A program made the translations under genes and the position numbers. 63,384 nucleotides of DNA from Pseudomonadota bacterium (GTDB lineage: Bacteria; Pseudomonadota; Gammaproteobacteria; Eutrophobiales; Eutrophobiaceae). The stretch is from NCBI GenBank assembly GCA_022574295.1, contig JACZSJ010000002.1, forward strand, positions 1 to 63,384, in the 5' to 3' direction. Under the pieces are notes generated by a model that saw nothing but the letters and a program-made list of their open reading frames with translations, was not told the DNA's origin and made no database searches. Shown piece after piece: positions 34,933-45,540 of the stretch (the first letter of the stretch is position 1; each line of letters starts with the position of its first letter).

Positions 34933-35553
34933 ATGGGCTTCAGTCAGAAATTTAATATGCTGATATGTGCAATTTGTGCCTTATTGATGGCGCCGACTGC
35001 CTATGCAGATATCTATAAATACACGGACAAACATGGTCGCGTGATACTGACGGATACACCGAAAAACACTAAATATGTCAGGCTGGTAAAAACATGGAAA
35101 GGCTGGACACCACAAAAAACAGGTTCGATAAGATATAAAAACCTTGAGAAAAACAGAAAAAAACATTCTGGTACGATTGATGTGATAGCTAAGCGCTACA
35201 GATTGCCGAAGTCACTGATTCATGCAGTCATTACTGCTGAGTCGGCCTATGATACTGAAGCTGTTTCTCGTGCAGGTGCGGTTGGGCTGATGCAACTTAT
35301 GCCCGGAACTGCAAAACGTTATGGTGTCAAAAACAGACGCAACCCGTATGAAAATATCAATGGTGGAACAAAATATCTTCGTGATTTGCTGCTCATGTTT
35401 AATAACGATCTGAGATTAGCACTGGCAGCTTACAATGCAGGCGAAGGGGCAGTTAAAAAATATAACAACAAGATACCACCCTATAAAGAAACCCAGAACT
35501 ATGTGAAAAAGGTCATTGCCTTTTACAATAAATATAAACAGTCGATGGGTTGA
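34933..35553 (+). CDS. secreted lytic transglycosylase (DUF4124 N-terminal domain plus SLT domain)
   Basis: Signal peptide, then DIYKYTDKHGRVILTD (DUF4124), then ESAYDTEAVSRAGAVGLMQLMPGTA and AAYNAGEGAV (SLT). Confidence 0.85.
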   Translation: MGFSQKFNMLICAICALLMAPTAYADIYKYTDKHGRVILTDTPKNTKYVRLVKTWKGWTPQKTGSIRYKNLEKNRKKHSGTIDVIAKRYRLPKSLIHAVITAESAYDTEAVSRAGAVGLMQLMPGTAKRYGVKNRRNPYENINGGTKYLRDLLLMFNNDLRLALAAYNAGEGAVKKYNNKIPPYKETQNYVKKVIAFYNKYKQSMG

Positions 35554-35702
35554 TTTAATTCTTCAGAGTTGCCTGACTGTTTTCATCCGTAACCCAGCCT
35601 TGTTTTTTCCATGTTGATAATTCCTTGCGTAGATACCGGTGCTCGGAGGCAAGCAATCATTGCCCACGGTATCCAAAGTTCACAAGATCGTATTTGCAGA
35701 CG

Positions 35703-36611
35703 ATGAAACAAATAATTAATCTGCTGCTATTAATCGCCTTCGCGTTTATTCCATTTCAAGCTAATGCCAGTGAGTGTAATTCCCAGAATCCTAACAATTG
35801 TCTAAATGGTGTTGGGCCGGCCGTTACCAATCCAGACAGCCTGCGAACAACGGCATTCCACGTTTCGAAGCAGACGAATAGTCAATCTAACGAGGCTGAG
35901 CAAGGTCTGTCTTTCATCGGATCTTCAGCTGTTACAGGTCTCGCCGCCGGCGATGGTTTTGCTGGCCTTGGGTATTGGGCCAGTTTTAATTATTCGGATT
36001 TTAGTGCAGATATTCCCATTAATTCGGTAATACAACCTGTTGCTTCATATGATGCTGATCAGAAAACTGCTTTTATAGGCATTGATACCCTTTTGATGGA
36101 TACGCTTGTCATTGGTCTTGCCCTTGGTTATGAAAATACTGATATTGATACTGCATACAATGGTGGCAATAATGAGACTGATGGTTACACTATCGCACCT
36201 TATGCAGCCTACCTGATTAATGATATTTTTAGTGCTGATGTTGTTTTTGGTTATACCAATCTTAGTACTGATACTGATCGTATTGATAATGTCAGTGGTG
36301 GGACTATTCTGGGCGACTTTGATGCCGAACGCTGGTTTATTGCTACTAATATCAATGCCACCGTCGGTTATGAAAATTGGCTTTTGGGAGGGCGGCTCGG
36401 TTATTTATATGTTACAGAAGATCAAGATAGCTATCTTGAAACAGGGCCTAATACAGCCAGGTCAATCGGTAGACGACATATTGATTTGGCACAGGTTATT
36501 GTTGGCTTTGATGTTGCTTATAGCCTCAACCAATTTGAGCCCTATGCCACGTTCACATACCTGAATGATTTGGGAAGAGACAATGGAATAGGGAGTGCGA
36601 TATTTCGGTAA
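35703..36611 (+). CDS. autotransporter-type outer-membrane beta-barrel protein, apparently frameshifted at the 3' end
   Basis: Signal peptide (MKQIINLLLLIAFAFIPFQANA), then alternating beta-strand patterns typical of an autotransporter barrel. The expected terminal strands continue in another frame to the stop at 36703-36705. Confidence 0.7.
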   Translation: MKQIINLLLLIAFAFIPFQANASECNSQNPNNCLNGVGPAVTNPDSLRTTAFHVSKQTNSQSNEAEQGLSFIGSSAVTGLAAGDGFAGLGYWASFNYSDFSADIPINSVIQPVASYDADQKTAFIGIDTLLMDTLVIGLALGYENTDIDTAYNGGNNETDGYTIAPYAAYLINDIFSADVVFGYTNLSTDTDRIDNVSGGTILGDFDAERWFIATNINATVGYENWLLGGRLGYLYVTEDQDSYLETGPNTARSIGRRHIDLAQVIVGFDVAYSLNQFEPYATFTYLNDLGRDNGIGSAIFR

Positions 36612-36843
36612 TAACTTCAGTGGTACAGCTGAGTGGACTAATGTTATTGGTCGTGACACGTTTGAGGGGAATAGCTTTCTATTTACCTTACGTATCGATC
36701 TATAATTTTTGAAAACTCATTTGTAAAGTTATTAACTTAGTGCATTTTCCTGTCTTGACCGTTTCATATATTACTTCTACCTGAGTGTCTGATTTCAGTG
36801 GAAATCACCGTATTAAGCAGACATTCATTGATATGCAAGTAAT

Positions 36844-38523
36844 TTATTCGTCAGTAACACACCCATCCGAAGCAGATTTTACATTCTTGATGTATTTATA
36901 AAGTGTGCCTCTTGATGCCTTATATGGAGGCATTTCCCAGGCTTCTTTTCTTTTTATCAGTTCTTCATCAGAGAGATCGACACTGATCACATTGGTCACG
37001 CCATTCACGGTGATGACATCCCCTGTTTTGATCAGTGCGATGGGTCCACCTTCCTGGGCTTCCGGCACGACGTGACCAACAATGAAACCATGGGAGCCAC
37101 CAGAGAAACGACCGTCCGTGATCATGGCGACATCCGAACCCAGACCAGCACCCATGATGGCGGAGGTGGGTGTTAGCATTTCTGGCATGCCGGGGCCGCC
37201 TTTCGGACCTTCATAACGAATCACAACGACATCACCTTTCTCGATATGTTTGTCTTCTAATGCCTTGAGCATGTCTTCTTCAGAATCATAAACCTTTGCC
37301 GGACCCGTGAAAATTTCGCCTTCCTTGCCGGTGATCTTTGCTACGCTTCCACCGGGTGCCAGATTGCCTTTCAGGATCCTCAGATGGCCGGTTGCTTTGA
37401 TGGGATTATCCAGCGTGTGAATGACATCTTGACCTTTGCTCAAGCCTGGAATATCGGCCAGATTTTCTGCGATAGTTTTTCCGGTGACGGTGAGACAGTC
37501 ACCATTAATAAGATTGTTCTCTAACAGGAATTTCATGACGGCGGGTATGCCACCGACCTTATGTAAATCTTCCATCACATATTGACCACTGGGTTTAAGA
37601 TCCGCCAGGAACGGTGTACGGTCACTGACTGCCTGGAAGTCATCAATGGTTAATTTGACATCAACAGAACGTGCCATAGCAATCAGGTGCAACACAGCAT
37701 TGGTTGATCCGCCGAGTATGATGGTCAAGACTATGGCATTTTCAAAGGCCTCACGGGTCATAATATCGCGTGGCTTAATATCCTTTTCCAACAGGTTCTT
37801 GATTACCTCGCCAACTTTCAGACATTCTTCAATCTTGCCTGGTTCAACGGCAGGGGTAGAAGAGCTATATGGGAGAGACATGCCCATGGCTTCAATTGCA
37901 GATGCCATTGTATTGGCGGTATACATACCACCGCAGGCACCTGCACCCGGACAGGATTTACTGATGATGTCCTGACGCGTTTCATCATCTATTTTGCCAA
38001 CGATATATTCACCATAACTTTGGAATGCCGAGATAATATCCAGTTTTTGTTTACCACGATGTCCCGGTTTAATCGTACCGCCGTAGACCATTAAAGCAGG
38101 GCGGTTCAGACGGCCCATTGCGATGATACAACCCGGCATATTTTTATCGCAACCGGGAATGGAAACATTGGCGTCATACCATTGAGCACCCATGACGGTT
38201 TCGATAGAGTCTGCAATCAAGTCACGTGACTGCAGTGAATAACTCATGCCTTCTGTACCCATTGAAATGCCATCACTGACACCGATGGTATTAAATCGCA
38301 GGCCGACCAACCCAGCTTTGATGACACCTTCTTTAATTTTTTCGGCCAGAGACAATAAGTGCATATTGCAGGTATTTCCCTCGAACCAGATGCTGGAGAT
38401 ACCGACTTGCGGCTTATCCATATCTTCGCGCGTCATGCCAATGCCGTAAAGCATAGCTTGAGAAGCGCCCTGAGATTTGGGTTGAGTGATGCGTGAGCTA
38501 TAGCGGTTTAGAGGCTTCGTCAT
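36844..38523 (-). CDS. ilvD: dihydroxy-acid dehydratase
   Basis: 559-aa short-form IlvD with [15 protein letters not shown] and GPGMPEML motifs. Confidence 0.96.
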   Translation of the reverse strand: MTKPLNRYSSRITQPKSQGASQAMLYGIGMTREDMDKPQVGISSIWFEGNTCNMHLLSLAEKIKEGVIKAGLVGLRFNTIGVSDGISMGTEGMSYSLQSRDLIADSIETVMGAQWYDANVSIPGCDKNMPGCIIAMGRLNRPALMVYGGTIKPGHRGKQKLDIISAFQSYGEYIVGKIDDETRQDIISKSCPGAGACGGMYTANTMASAIEAMGMSLPYSSSTPAVEPGKIEECLKVGEVIKNLLEKDIKPRDIMTREAFENAIVLTIILGGSTNAVLHLIAMARSVDVKLTIDDFQAVSDRTPFLADLKPSGQYVMEDLHKVGGIPAVMKFLLENNLINGDCLTVTGKTIAENLADIPGLSKGQDVIHTLDNPIKATGHLRILKGNLAPGGSVAKITGKEGEIFTGPAKVYDSEEDMLKALEDKHIEKGDVVVIRYEGPKGGPGMPEMLTPTSAIMGAGLGSDVAMITDGRFSGGSHGFIVGHVVPEAQEGGPIALIKTGDVITVNGVTNVISVDLSDEELIKRKEAWEMPPYKASRGTLYKYIKNVKSASDGCVTDE

Positions 38524-38591
38524 GTCATTTCCAGAATAAAATGGGCTAATTAGTCAGACTGTAAAAAGGTGCGATAGAATACAGTACATTG

Positions 38592-38628
38592 TATACCCAG
38601 GTAGTTTGGGTATGAAACCTGTCATTGT
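38592..38628. repeat. rearranged or degenerate copy of the palindromic element
   Basis: ATACCCAggtagTTTGGGTAT followed by gaaacctgtcatt, which matches the loop gaaacctgcatt of the full copies. It lies in the divergent ilvD/argE intergenic region. Confidence 0.5.
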
Positions 38629-38666
38629 CTGGTAACAGCCAGATTGTGTAAAAAAAGAGGGACCGA

Positions 38667-39854
38667 ATGAGCAAACAGATTCCAGAGATGCTTGATAGTT
38701 TCTCACAATTGGTGGCCGCACCTTCTGTGAGCAGTACCGATCCACTCCTGGATCAAAGCAACCGTGATGTCGTTGAGCTGCTGGCTGGCTGGCTGGAAGG
38801 GATTGGTTTTAAGGTGGAATTATTACCAATTAATTCTGCATCAGGCACAACTGGGGCTGTTGCCCCGGAAAAGTTTAATCTGATTGCCTGTCTGGGAGAA
38901 GGAGAGGGCGGTTTGGTGTTGTCAGGGCATACTGATACGGTGCCATATAGCGCCGATGCCTGGGATCAGGATCCATTTAAGTTGACTGAAAAGGAGGGTC
39001 GCATACATGGACTGGGTATCTGTGACATGAAGTGTTTTTTCCCGATTGTTCTTGAAGTTGCGCGGCAATTCAATGCGAGCGAACTGAAGCAACCACTTTA
39101 TGTTTTGGCGACGGCGGATGAAGAAAGTACCATGTCTGGCGCAAGAGCGCTCGCAGCTTGTGGGAAAATATTAGGCCGACATGCATTAATTGGTGAGCCA
39201 ACCGGCTTAATACCTGTATATATGCATAAAGGTATCCTGATGGAATCGATTAAAATCAAAGGTCAGGCCGGGCATTCCAGTAATCCTGCACTGGGTAATA
39301 GTGCCCTTGAAGGGATGCATACCGTCATCGGCGCTATCATGGTCTGGCGCGAAGAATTGCAAAAGCAATTTCGAGACACGCGTTTTGCTGTACCGGAGCC
39401 GACAATTAATTTTGGCACCATACGTGGGGGAGATAATCCCAACAGAATATGTGCTGAATGTGAGTTGACCATCGATTTACGTTTAATGCCAGAGATGAAA
39501 CTGGAAGAAATAAGGACAGATCTCAGGACATTGGTTTCTGACGCTATTGCAGGTTCCGGACTCAGTGCTGAATATAATTCCGTTTTTGATGGTGTTCCGG
39601 GGTTTGAAACCGATACAAATTCAGAAGTGATACAGATAGCAGAAAGGCTTTGTGGACGAGAATCGGGGACTGTTGCATTTGGTACAGAAGGTCCCTATTT
39701 GAATGCCATGGGCATGGATACTGTGGTGCTTGGGCCAGGGGATATTGATCAGGCACATCAGGCCAATGAGTATTTATCCTTGGAAAGGATCCCACCAATG
39801 CTGGATATATTAACGAAGATGATTGGTCATTTTTGTGTGCAATCCGCTGATTGA
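38667..39854 (+). CDS. argE: acetylornithine deacetylase
   Basis: M20 peptidase fold with LSGHTDTVP and ATADEE motifs; 395 aa; next to argA. Confidence 0.88.
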   Translation: MSKQIPEMLDSFSQLVAAPSVSSTDPLLDQSNRDVVELLAGWLEGIGFKVELLPINSASGTTGAVAPEKFNLIACLGEGEGGLVLSGHTDTVPYSADAWDQDPFKLTEKEGRIHGLGICDMKCFFPIVLEVARQFNASELKQPLYVLATADEESTMSGARALAACGKILGRHALIGEPTGLIPVYMHKGILMESIKIKGQAGHSSNPALGNSALEGMHTVIGAIMVWREELQKQFRDTRFAVPEPTINFGTIRGGDNPNRICAECELTIDLRLMPEMKLEEIRTDLRTLVSDAIAGSGLSAEYNSVFDGVPGFETDTNSEVIQIAERLCGRESGTVAFGTEGPYLNAMGMDTVVLGPGDIDQAHQANEYLSLERIPPMLDILTKMIGHFCVQSAD

Positions 39855-39906
39855 ATAAATATTCTGAGGAATAGAAACATATGGATTATTTTAATGGTAA
39901 TTAAAT

Positions 39907-41223
39907 ATGTCGAATAATGATTATGAATTTGTGAAATGGTTTCGCTCTGCTGCGCCTTATATTCATGCACACCGCGGTAAGACAGTTGTTTTACAATTTG
40001 AAGGCGATTTGATCGATAGCAAAGAATTTTTTCACCTTGTGCACGATATCGCCCTCCTGAATAGTCTGGGTATTCGGCTAGTCATTGTATTTGGTGCGCG
40101 GCCGCAGATTGAAAAACTACAGCAACAAAAGAATATTCAATCTCACATTGTCAGTGGGCTGCGTTTAACTGATGAAGCCTCTATTACATGCGTGAAGGAG
40201 GCCGTTGGTGCTGTCAGGATCCAGATTGAAGCATTACTTTCCATGGGGCTGCCCAACTCACCGATGGAAGATGCGCAAGTGAAGGTGACTTCTGGAAACT
40301 TCATCACGGCCAAACCCATCGGCGTCATTGATGGTGTCGATCTGGTACTCACTGGTGAGGTACGTCGTGTTGATACAGAAACAATGATACGCAAACTTGA
40401 TAACAATGAGATTGTACTACTGTCACCGATCGGTTATTCCCCGACGGGAGAGGTGTTTAATTTACGTGCGACGGAGGTCGCCATGAAAGTTGCGATTAGT
40501 CTTGGGGCGGACAAATTGCTTTACTTCATGTCTGGCGAAGGACTGAAGGATGAAGAAGGAGAAGATATCCATCAACTGACGCAACAGGAAGCGGGAACTA
40601 TGATCGAGTGTTCGAACCTGGCTGACTCAGCTCATTTGCAATTGTCTTGCGGCATACGTGCCTGTAACGAGGGTGTGAAGCGTATTCATTTTCTGCAACA
40701 GGGCCAGGAGGGGAGTTTGTTACTGGAATTATTTAGCCGCGATGGTGTGGGCACATTATTAAGTGCAGCCTCATTCGATCAAATTCGAACAGCAACCATA
40801 GATGATATCGGTGGTATCCTGGAATTAATTGAACCACTGGAACAGGAGGGTATCCTGCTCCGTCGTTCACGAGAAAAGATCGAGGCCGACATCGAGGCCT
40901 ATACTGTTCTGGTGCGTGATGGCACGGTGATCGCCTGTGGTGCACTGCATATAGAAGAAGACAATAAATATGCCGAGCTAGCTTGTTTTGCCGTAGACAT
41001 AAACTATCAGGAGTCGGGGAAAGGGGAGGAACTCTTCTTGAAAATAGAAGAACAGGCGATCAAAAAAGGTGTCGAAAAACTCTTTGTCCTGACGACCCAG
41101 ACAGCGCACTGGTTTCTGGAACGTGGTTTTATTGAAGGCGAGATTGACGATTTGCCTGTGTCCAAACAGGCGTTATATAACTACCAACGCAACTCAAAGG
41201 TGTTGATTGAGACACTGGTATAG
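39907..41223 (+). CDS. argA: amino-acid N-acetyltransferase (N-acetylglutamate synthase)
   Basis: N-terminal amino-acid-kinase fold (FRSAAPYIHAHRGKT...) plus a C-terminal GNAT domain; 438 aa. Confidence 0.92.
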   Translation: MSNNDYEFVKWFRSAAPYIHAHRGKTVVLQFEGDLIDSKEFFHLVHDIALLNSLGIRLVIVFGARPQIEKLQQQKNIQSHIVSGLRLTDEASITCVKEAVGAVRIQIEALLSMGLPNSPMEDAQVKVTSGNFITAKPIGVIDGVDLVLTGEVRRVDTETMIRKLDNNEIVLLSPIGYSPTGEVFNLRATEVAMKVAISLGADKLLYFMSGEGLKDEEGEDIHQLTQQEAGTMIECSNLADSAHLQLSCGIRACNEGVKRIHFLQQGQEGSLLLELFSRDGVGTLLSAASFDQIRTATIDDIGGILELIEPLEQEGILLRRSREKIEADIEAYTVLVRDGTVIACGALHIEEDNKYAELACFAVDINYQESGKGEELFLKIEEQAIKKGVEKLFVLTTQTAHWFLERGFIEGEIDDLPVSKQALYNYQRNSKVLIETLV

Positions 41224-41246
41224 AGGAGCTTTTCAGTATCCGCCTG

Positions 41247-43514
41247 CTAGGCGGTATCAGCGGTTTCTTCTTCCAGTATTTCTATGGTGAGTTTGCCATC
41301 GTTCTCACTGACAAGCACGTCGCCACCATGCTCCAGTTTACCGAAGAGTAATTCTTCAGCCAGGGGCTTCTTGATCTTATCCCGAATGAGCCTCGCCATG
41401 GGTCTTGCACCCATATTTTTGTCATAGCCATGTATCCCTAACCATTTCCTGGCAGATTCATCGACATCGATGAGTACCTTTTTACCATCAAGTTGTACTT
41501 CCAGTTCAACAATAAATTTATCGACCACATTGGCAATGGTTTTTGCGTCCAGTGCGTTAAATAGGATAATGGCACCCAGGCGATTTCTGAATTCAGGACT
41601 GAAGGTCGTCTTAATGGCTTCCATGGCATCGCTACTATGATCCTGATGGGTAAAACCGACTGAGGCTCGACTGATACGTTCTGCCCCGGCGTTGGTCGTC
41701 ATAACAATAATAACATTCCGGAAATCAGTTTTGCGTCCATTGGTATCGGTCAATGTGCCGTGATCCATGACCTGAAGCAATAAATTAAATACATCAGGAT
41801 GCGCTTTTTCGACTTCATCCAGTAACAGAACAGAGTGGGGATGTTTATTAATTTCTTCCGTCAGTAAGCCTCCCTGATCAAAACCAACATAACCTGGAGG
41901 TGCACCGATCAAACGAGAAACAGTATGTCGTTCCATATATTCGGACATATCAAAACGGATCAACTCAATACCCATAATACCCGCAAGTTGTTTTGTGATC
42001 TCTGTTTTGCCGACCCCCGTTGGTCCTGCAAACAAGAATGCACCAACGGGTTGTTCTGGGTTTCCCAAGCCTGAACGGGCCATTTTAATTGCGGTGCTTA
42101 GTGTTGAGATTGCTTTATCCTGGCCGAATACGACCATCTTCAGATTCCGTTCAAGATTTTTCATTACATCTTTATCTGAAGAAGAAACATTTTTGGCAGG
42201 TATTCTCGCGATCCTGGCAACGATATTTTCAATATCCGTGACACCAATCGTTTTTTTCCTGCGAGAAGCAGTGACTAACTGCTGTGATGCACCTGCTTCA
42301 TCAATGATATCGATGGCTTTGTCGGGGAGATGACGATCAGTGATGTGGCGATCAGCCAGTTCTACTGCCGATCTCAATGATTGGTGTGTATATCTGATTT
42401 GATGGTGCTTTTCAAATCGTGATTTCAAACCTTCAAGAATTTTTACTGTTTCATTGATGGTTGGTTCCGTGACATCGATTTTTTGAAATCGTCTGGCTAA
42501 GGCACGGTCTTTTTCAAAGATACCTCGATATTCCTGATAGGTGGTCGAACCGATGCACTTTATTTCACCCGAAGCTAAAACGGGCTTGATGATGTTAGAG
42601 GCATCCATTACACCACCCGAAGCAGCACCTGCGCCGATAATGCTGTGAATCTCATCGATAAACAGTATTGAACCTTCCTGTTTTTTCAACTGGGAAATTA
42701 TATTCTTAAGGCGTTTTTCGAAATCACCGCGATATTTTGTGCCCGCGAGCAATGCCCCCAAATCTAGTGAATAGATCACATTATCCGCAATCACATCAGG
42801 GACTTCCCCATCGACGATTTTTTTCGCCAGGCCTTCCGCGATTGCTGTTTTGCCAACGCCTGCCTCGCCAACATAGAGCGGGTTATTTTTTCTTCGTCGG
42901 CAAAGAATCTGGATAGTGCGTTCGATTTCATGTTGACGACCAATCAGGGGATCAATTTTCCCCTGTTCCGCCAGCTGATTAAGATTAACCGCATATTTTT
43001 CCAACGGGGAAGATCCAGATTCATCTCCGGCAAGATGCTCCTCTTCTGCTGATTCCGATTCATGACCATGCTCATCTTCAGATATCTTCGCAATACCATG
43101 TGAGATGTAGTTGACGACGTCCAGTCGGTTGACTTCCTGTTGGTTGAGAAAATAAGCTGCGTGTGATTCCCTTTCTCCAAAAATAGCGACCAGTACGTTT
43201 GCACCATTAACTTCTTTTTTGCCCGAAGATTGAACATGAAAAACAGCACGTTGCAGGACTCTCTGGAAACCAAGTGTTGGTTGTGTGTCGTGTTCGTCAC
43301 TCTTAGTAAGCAGGGGAGAATTATCCTGGATAAACTTGCTTAGTTCACTATGTAATTCGTTCAAATTTGCACCACAAGCCCTGAGTACTTGTGCGGCGGA
43401 TATGTTGTCCAACAAAGCAAGTAACAAATGTTCGACAGTCACATATTCATGGCGTTGGTCACGTGCTTCGTTGAAAACATTATTCAGTGTGACTTCAAGA
43501 TTTTTATCCAACAT
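41247..43514 (-). CDS. clpA: ATP-dependent Clp protease ATP-binding subunit ClpA
   Basis: Clp N-domain, then two AAA+ modules (GEAGVGKT, GPTGVGKT); 755 aa; directly downstream of clpS. Confidence 0.97.
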   Translation of the reverse strand: MLDKNLEVTLNNVFNEARDQRHEYVTVEHLLLALLDNISAAQVLRACGANLNELHSELSKFIQDNSPLLTKSDEHDTQPTLGFQRVLQRAVFHVQSSGKKEVNGANVLVAIFGERESHAAYFLNQQEVNRLDVVNYISHGIAKISEDEHGHESESAEEEHLAGDESGSSPLEKYAVNLNQLAEQGKIDPLIGRQHEIERTIQILCRRRKNNPLYVGEAGVGKTAIAEGLAKKIVDGEVPDVIADNVIYSLDLGALLAGTKYRGDFEKRLKNIISQLKKQEGSILFIDEIHSIIGAGAASGGVMDASNIIKPVLASGEIKCIGSTTYQEYRGIFEKDRALARRFQKIDVTEPTINETVKILEGLKSRFEKHHQIRYTHQSLRSAVELADRHITDRHLPDKAIDIIDEAGASQQLVTASRRKKTIGVTDIENIVARIARIPAKNVSSSDKDVMKNLERNLKMVVFGQDKAISTLSTAIKMARSGLGNPEQPVGAFLFAGPTGVGKTEITKQLAGIMGIELIRFDMSEYMERHTVSRLIGAPPGYVGFDQGGLLTEEINKHPHSVLLLDEVEKAHPDVFNLLLQVMDHGTLTDTNGRKTDFRNVIIVMTTNAGAERISRASVGFTHQDHSSDAMEAIKTTFSPEFRNRLGAIILFNALDAKTIANVVDKFIVELEVQLDGKKVLIDVDESARKWLGIHGYDKNMGARPMARLIRDKIKKPLAEELLFGKLEHGGDVLVSENDGKLTIEILEEETADTA

Positions 43515-43526
43515 GGCTCATTCCCC

Positions 43527-43853
43527 TCATTCTTTTTCCATAGTACAAAGAAGTGGATGCTGATTTTCTCGTGAATAATTGTTGACCTGCGCGACTTTTG
43601 TTTCCGCGATTTCTCTGCTGAAGGTGCCGCAAACACCTTTCCCGCTTTTGTGTACATCTAACATGATGCGTGTTGCAGCTTCGGCATTCATTCTGAAAAA
43701 ACCTTCAAGAATCTGAACCACAAATTCCATCGGGGTATAGTCATCATTATTCAGGACAACCTTGTACAGCGGGGGACGTTTAAGCCTGGGTTTGGCCTTC
43801 GCCTCCTGTACCGCCACGCTCCCATCCTGATGATGTTCAATCTTTTTAGTCAT
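43527..43853 (-). CDS. clpS: ATP-dependent Clp protease adaptor ClpS
   Basis: [20 protein letters not shown] is the ClpS core. Confidence 0.93.
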   Translation of the reverse strand: MTKKIEHHQDGSVAVQEAKAKPRLKRPPLYKVVLNNDDYTPMEFVVQILEGFFRMNAEAATRIMLDVHKSGKGVCGTFSREIAETKVAQVNNYSRENQHPLLCTMEKE

Positions 43854-44149
43854 GATGTGCTACTTTTTAGTGTACTACCCTAATTATACTGTCCAAAAAC
43901 GAGGATGCCACTCCGATTAGACCATTCATTAAGGGTTACATCCAATATATTTTATAGGTTTTTGAATATTAAAAAAAAAATGATGATTTAAGGCTGGAAG
44001 TACATACGTATGTAATTGATGATTAAGCGATTTATTGTAGGTTTCAGCGTGTTCACCCCGGCTTATTCTTCTGGCAGGGTGGGTGTATTTATGCGATGAT
44101 CGCCGGCTGAAAAATTTAAGGCCTAAATCATTGGGGAGTAGGAAGAAAG

Positions 44150-45439
44150 ATGTCAAGAGAAGAACAAATCAGGCAGCTAGAGAAAGATTGGGCTGAAAAC
44201 CCTCGCTGGGCAAATGTTACGCGTGATTACAGTGCTGAAGACGTGGTACGTCTGCGTGGTTCTGTCAATGAAGAATATACCCTGGCAACCCGTGGAGCTA
44301 AGAAGCTTTGGGATCTTGTTAATGATAAAGACAGCTATGTGAACTGTATGGGAGCCATCACTGCAGGTCAGGCGATGCAACAGGTGAAAGGTGGAATCAA
44401 AGCCATCTATCTGTCCGGTTGGCAGGTTGCTGCAGATGGTAACACTTCAGAAACCATGTATCCCGATCAATCACTCTATGCCTACAACTCAGTACCAACC
44501 ATGGTGAAACGTATTAATAATACCTTTCGTCGTGCTGATGAGATTCAGTGGGCAAAGGGTAGCAATGATATTGATTACTTTGTGCCAATTGTTGCTGATG
44601 CTGAAGCTGGTTTTGGTGGCGTTCTGAATGCTTTTGAATTAATGAAAAACATGATCGAGGCTGGTGCTGCTGGTGTGCATTTTGAGGATCAGCTGGCTTC
44701 TGTCAAGAAATGTGGTCATATGGGCGGTAAGGTTCTTGTTCCAACTCAGGAGGCAATTCAGAAATTGATTTCGGCCCGTTTGGCAGCAGACACCATGGGT
44801 GTTCCAACCATCGTACTTGCTCGTACGGACGCAAATGCTGCTAACCTGTTGACATCTGATGTAGACGAACGTGATGCACCATTTGTGACAGGCGAACGAA
44901 CACCTGAAGGTTTCTACACCACCAATGCTGGTATTGATCAGGCGATTGCTCGGGGTATTGCTTACGCGCCTTACGCCGATCTGCTGTGGTGTGAAACAGC
45001 GGTTCCGGATCTGGATGAAGCGAAGAAATTTGCTGAAGCTGTTCGTAAAGAACATCCAGGCCAGTTGTTAGCCTATAACTGTTCACCATCTTTCAACTGG
45101 AAGAAGAACCTTGACGATGCAACCATTGCTAAGTTCCAGAAGGAACTGGGAGCAATGGGTTATAAATATCAGTTTATCACTTTGGCCGGCATCCATAACA
45201 TGTGGTACAACATGTTTAATCTGACGCGTGATTATATGCAACGTGGTATGACTGCCTACGTTGAGCAGGTTCAGGAACCTGAATTTGCAGCGTCAGAGCA
45301 TGGTTACACATTTGCCAGCCATCAGCAGGAAGTAGGTGCTGGTTACTTTGATGACGTGACTACTGTTATTCAAGGTGGTACATCTTCTGTCACCGCATTA
45401 ACTGGTTCTACTGAAGAAGCACAATTCGACTCTAAATAA
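44150..45439 (+). CDS. aceA: isocitrate lyase
   Basis: The KKCGHMGGK active-site motif and overall similarity to the ~430-aa bacterial ICL. Confidence 0.96.
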   Translation: MSREEQIRQLEKDWAENPRWANVTRDYSAEDVVRLRGSVNEEYTLATRGAKKLWDLVNDKDSYVNCMGAITAGQAMQQVKGGIKAIYLSGWQVAADGNTSETMYPDQSLYAYNSVPTMVKRINNTFRRADEIQWAKGSNDIDYFVPIVADAEAGFGGVLNAFELMKNMIEAGAAGVHFEDQLASVKKCGHMGGKVLVPTQEAIQKLISARLAADTMGVPTIVLARTDANAANLLTSDVDERDAPFVTGERTPEGFYTTNAGIDQAIARGIAYAPYADLLWCETAVPDLDEAKKFAEAVRKEHPGQLLAYNCSPSFNWKKNLDDATIAKFQKELGAMGYKYQFITLAGIHNMWYNMFNLTRDYMQRGMTAYVEQVQEPEFAASEHGYTFASHQQEVGAGYFDDVTTVIQGGTSSVTALTGSTEEAQFDSK

Positions 45440-45480
45440 TTAAGTTCTAGTTTAACCAGGCCGAAATAAATATTTAACAG

Positions 45481-45512
45481 AACCCGCTACTGTTTTTTAG
45501 TATCGGGTTTTG
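45481..45512. terminator. hairpin terminator between the convergent aceA and aceK
   Basis: AACCCGCTACTgttttttAGTATCGGGTTtt: an 11-bp stem with one mismatch, followed by a T-rich tract. Confidence 0.65.
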
Positions 45513-45540
45513 CTGTTTATGAGCCATGCGGTGATAGGGA

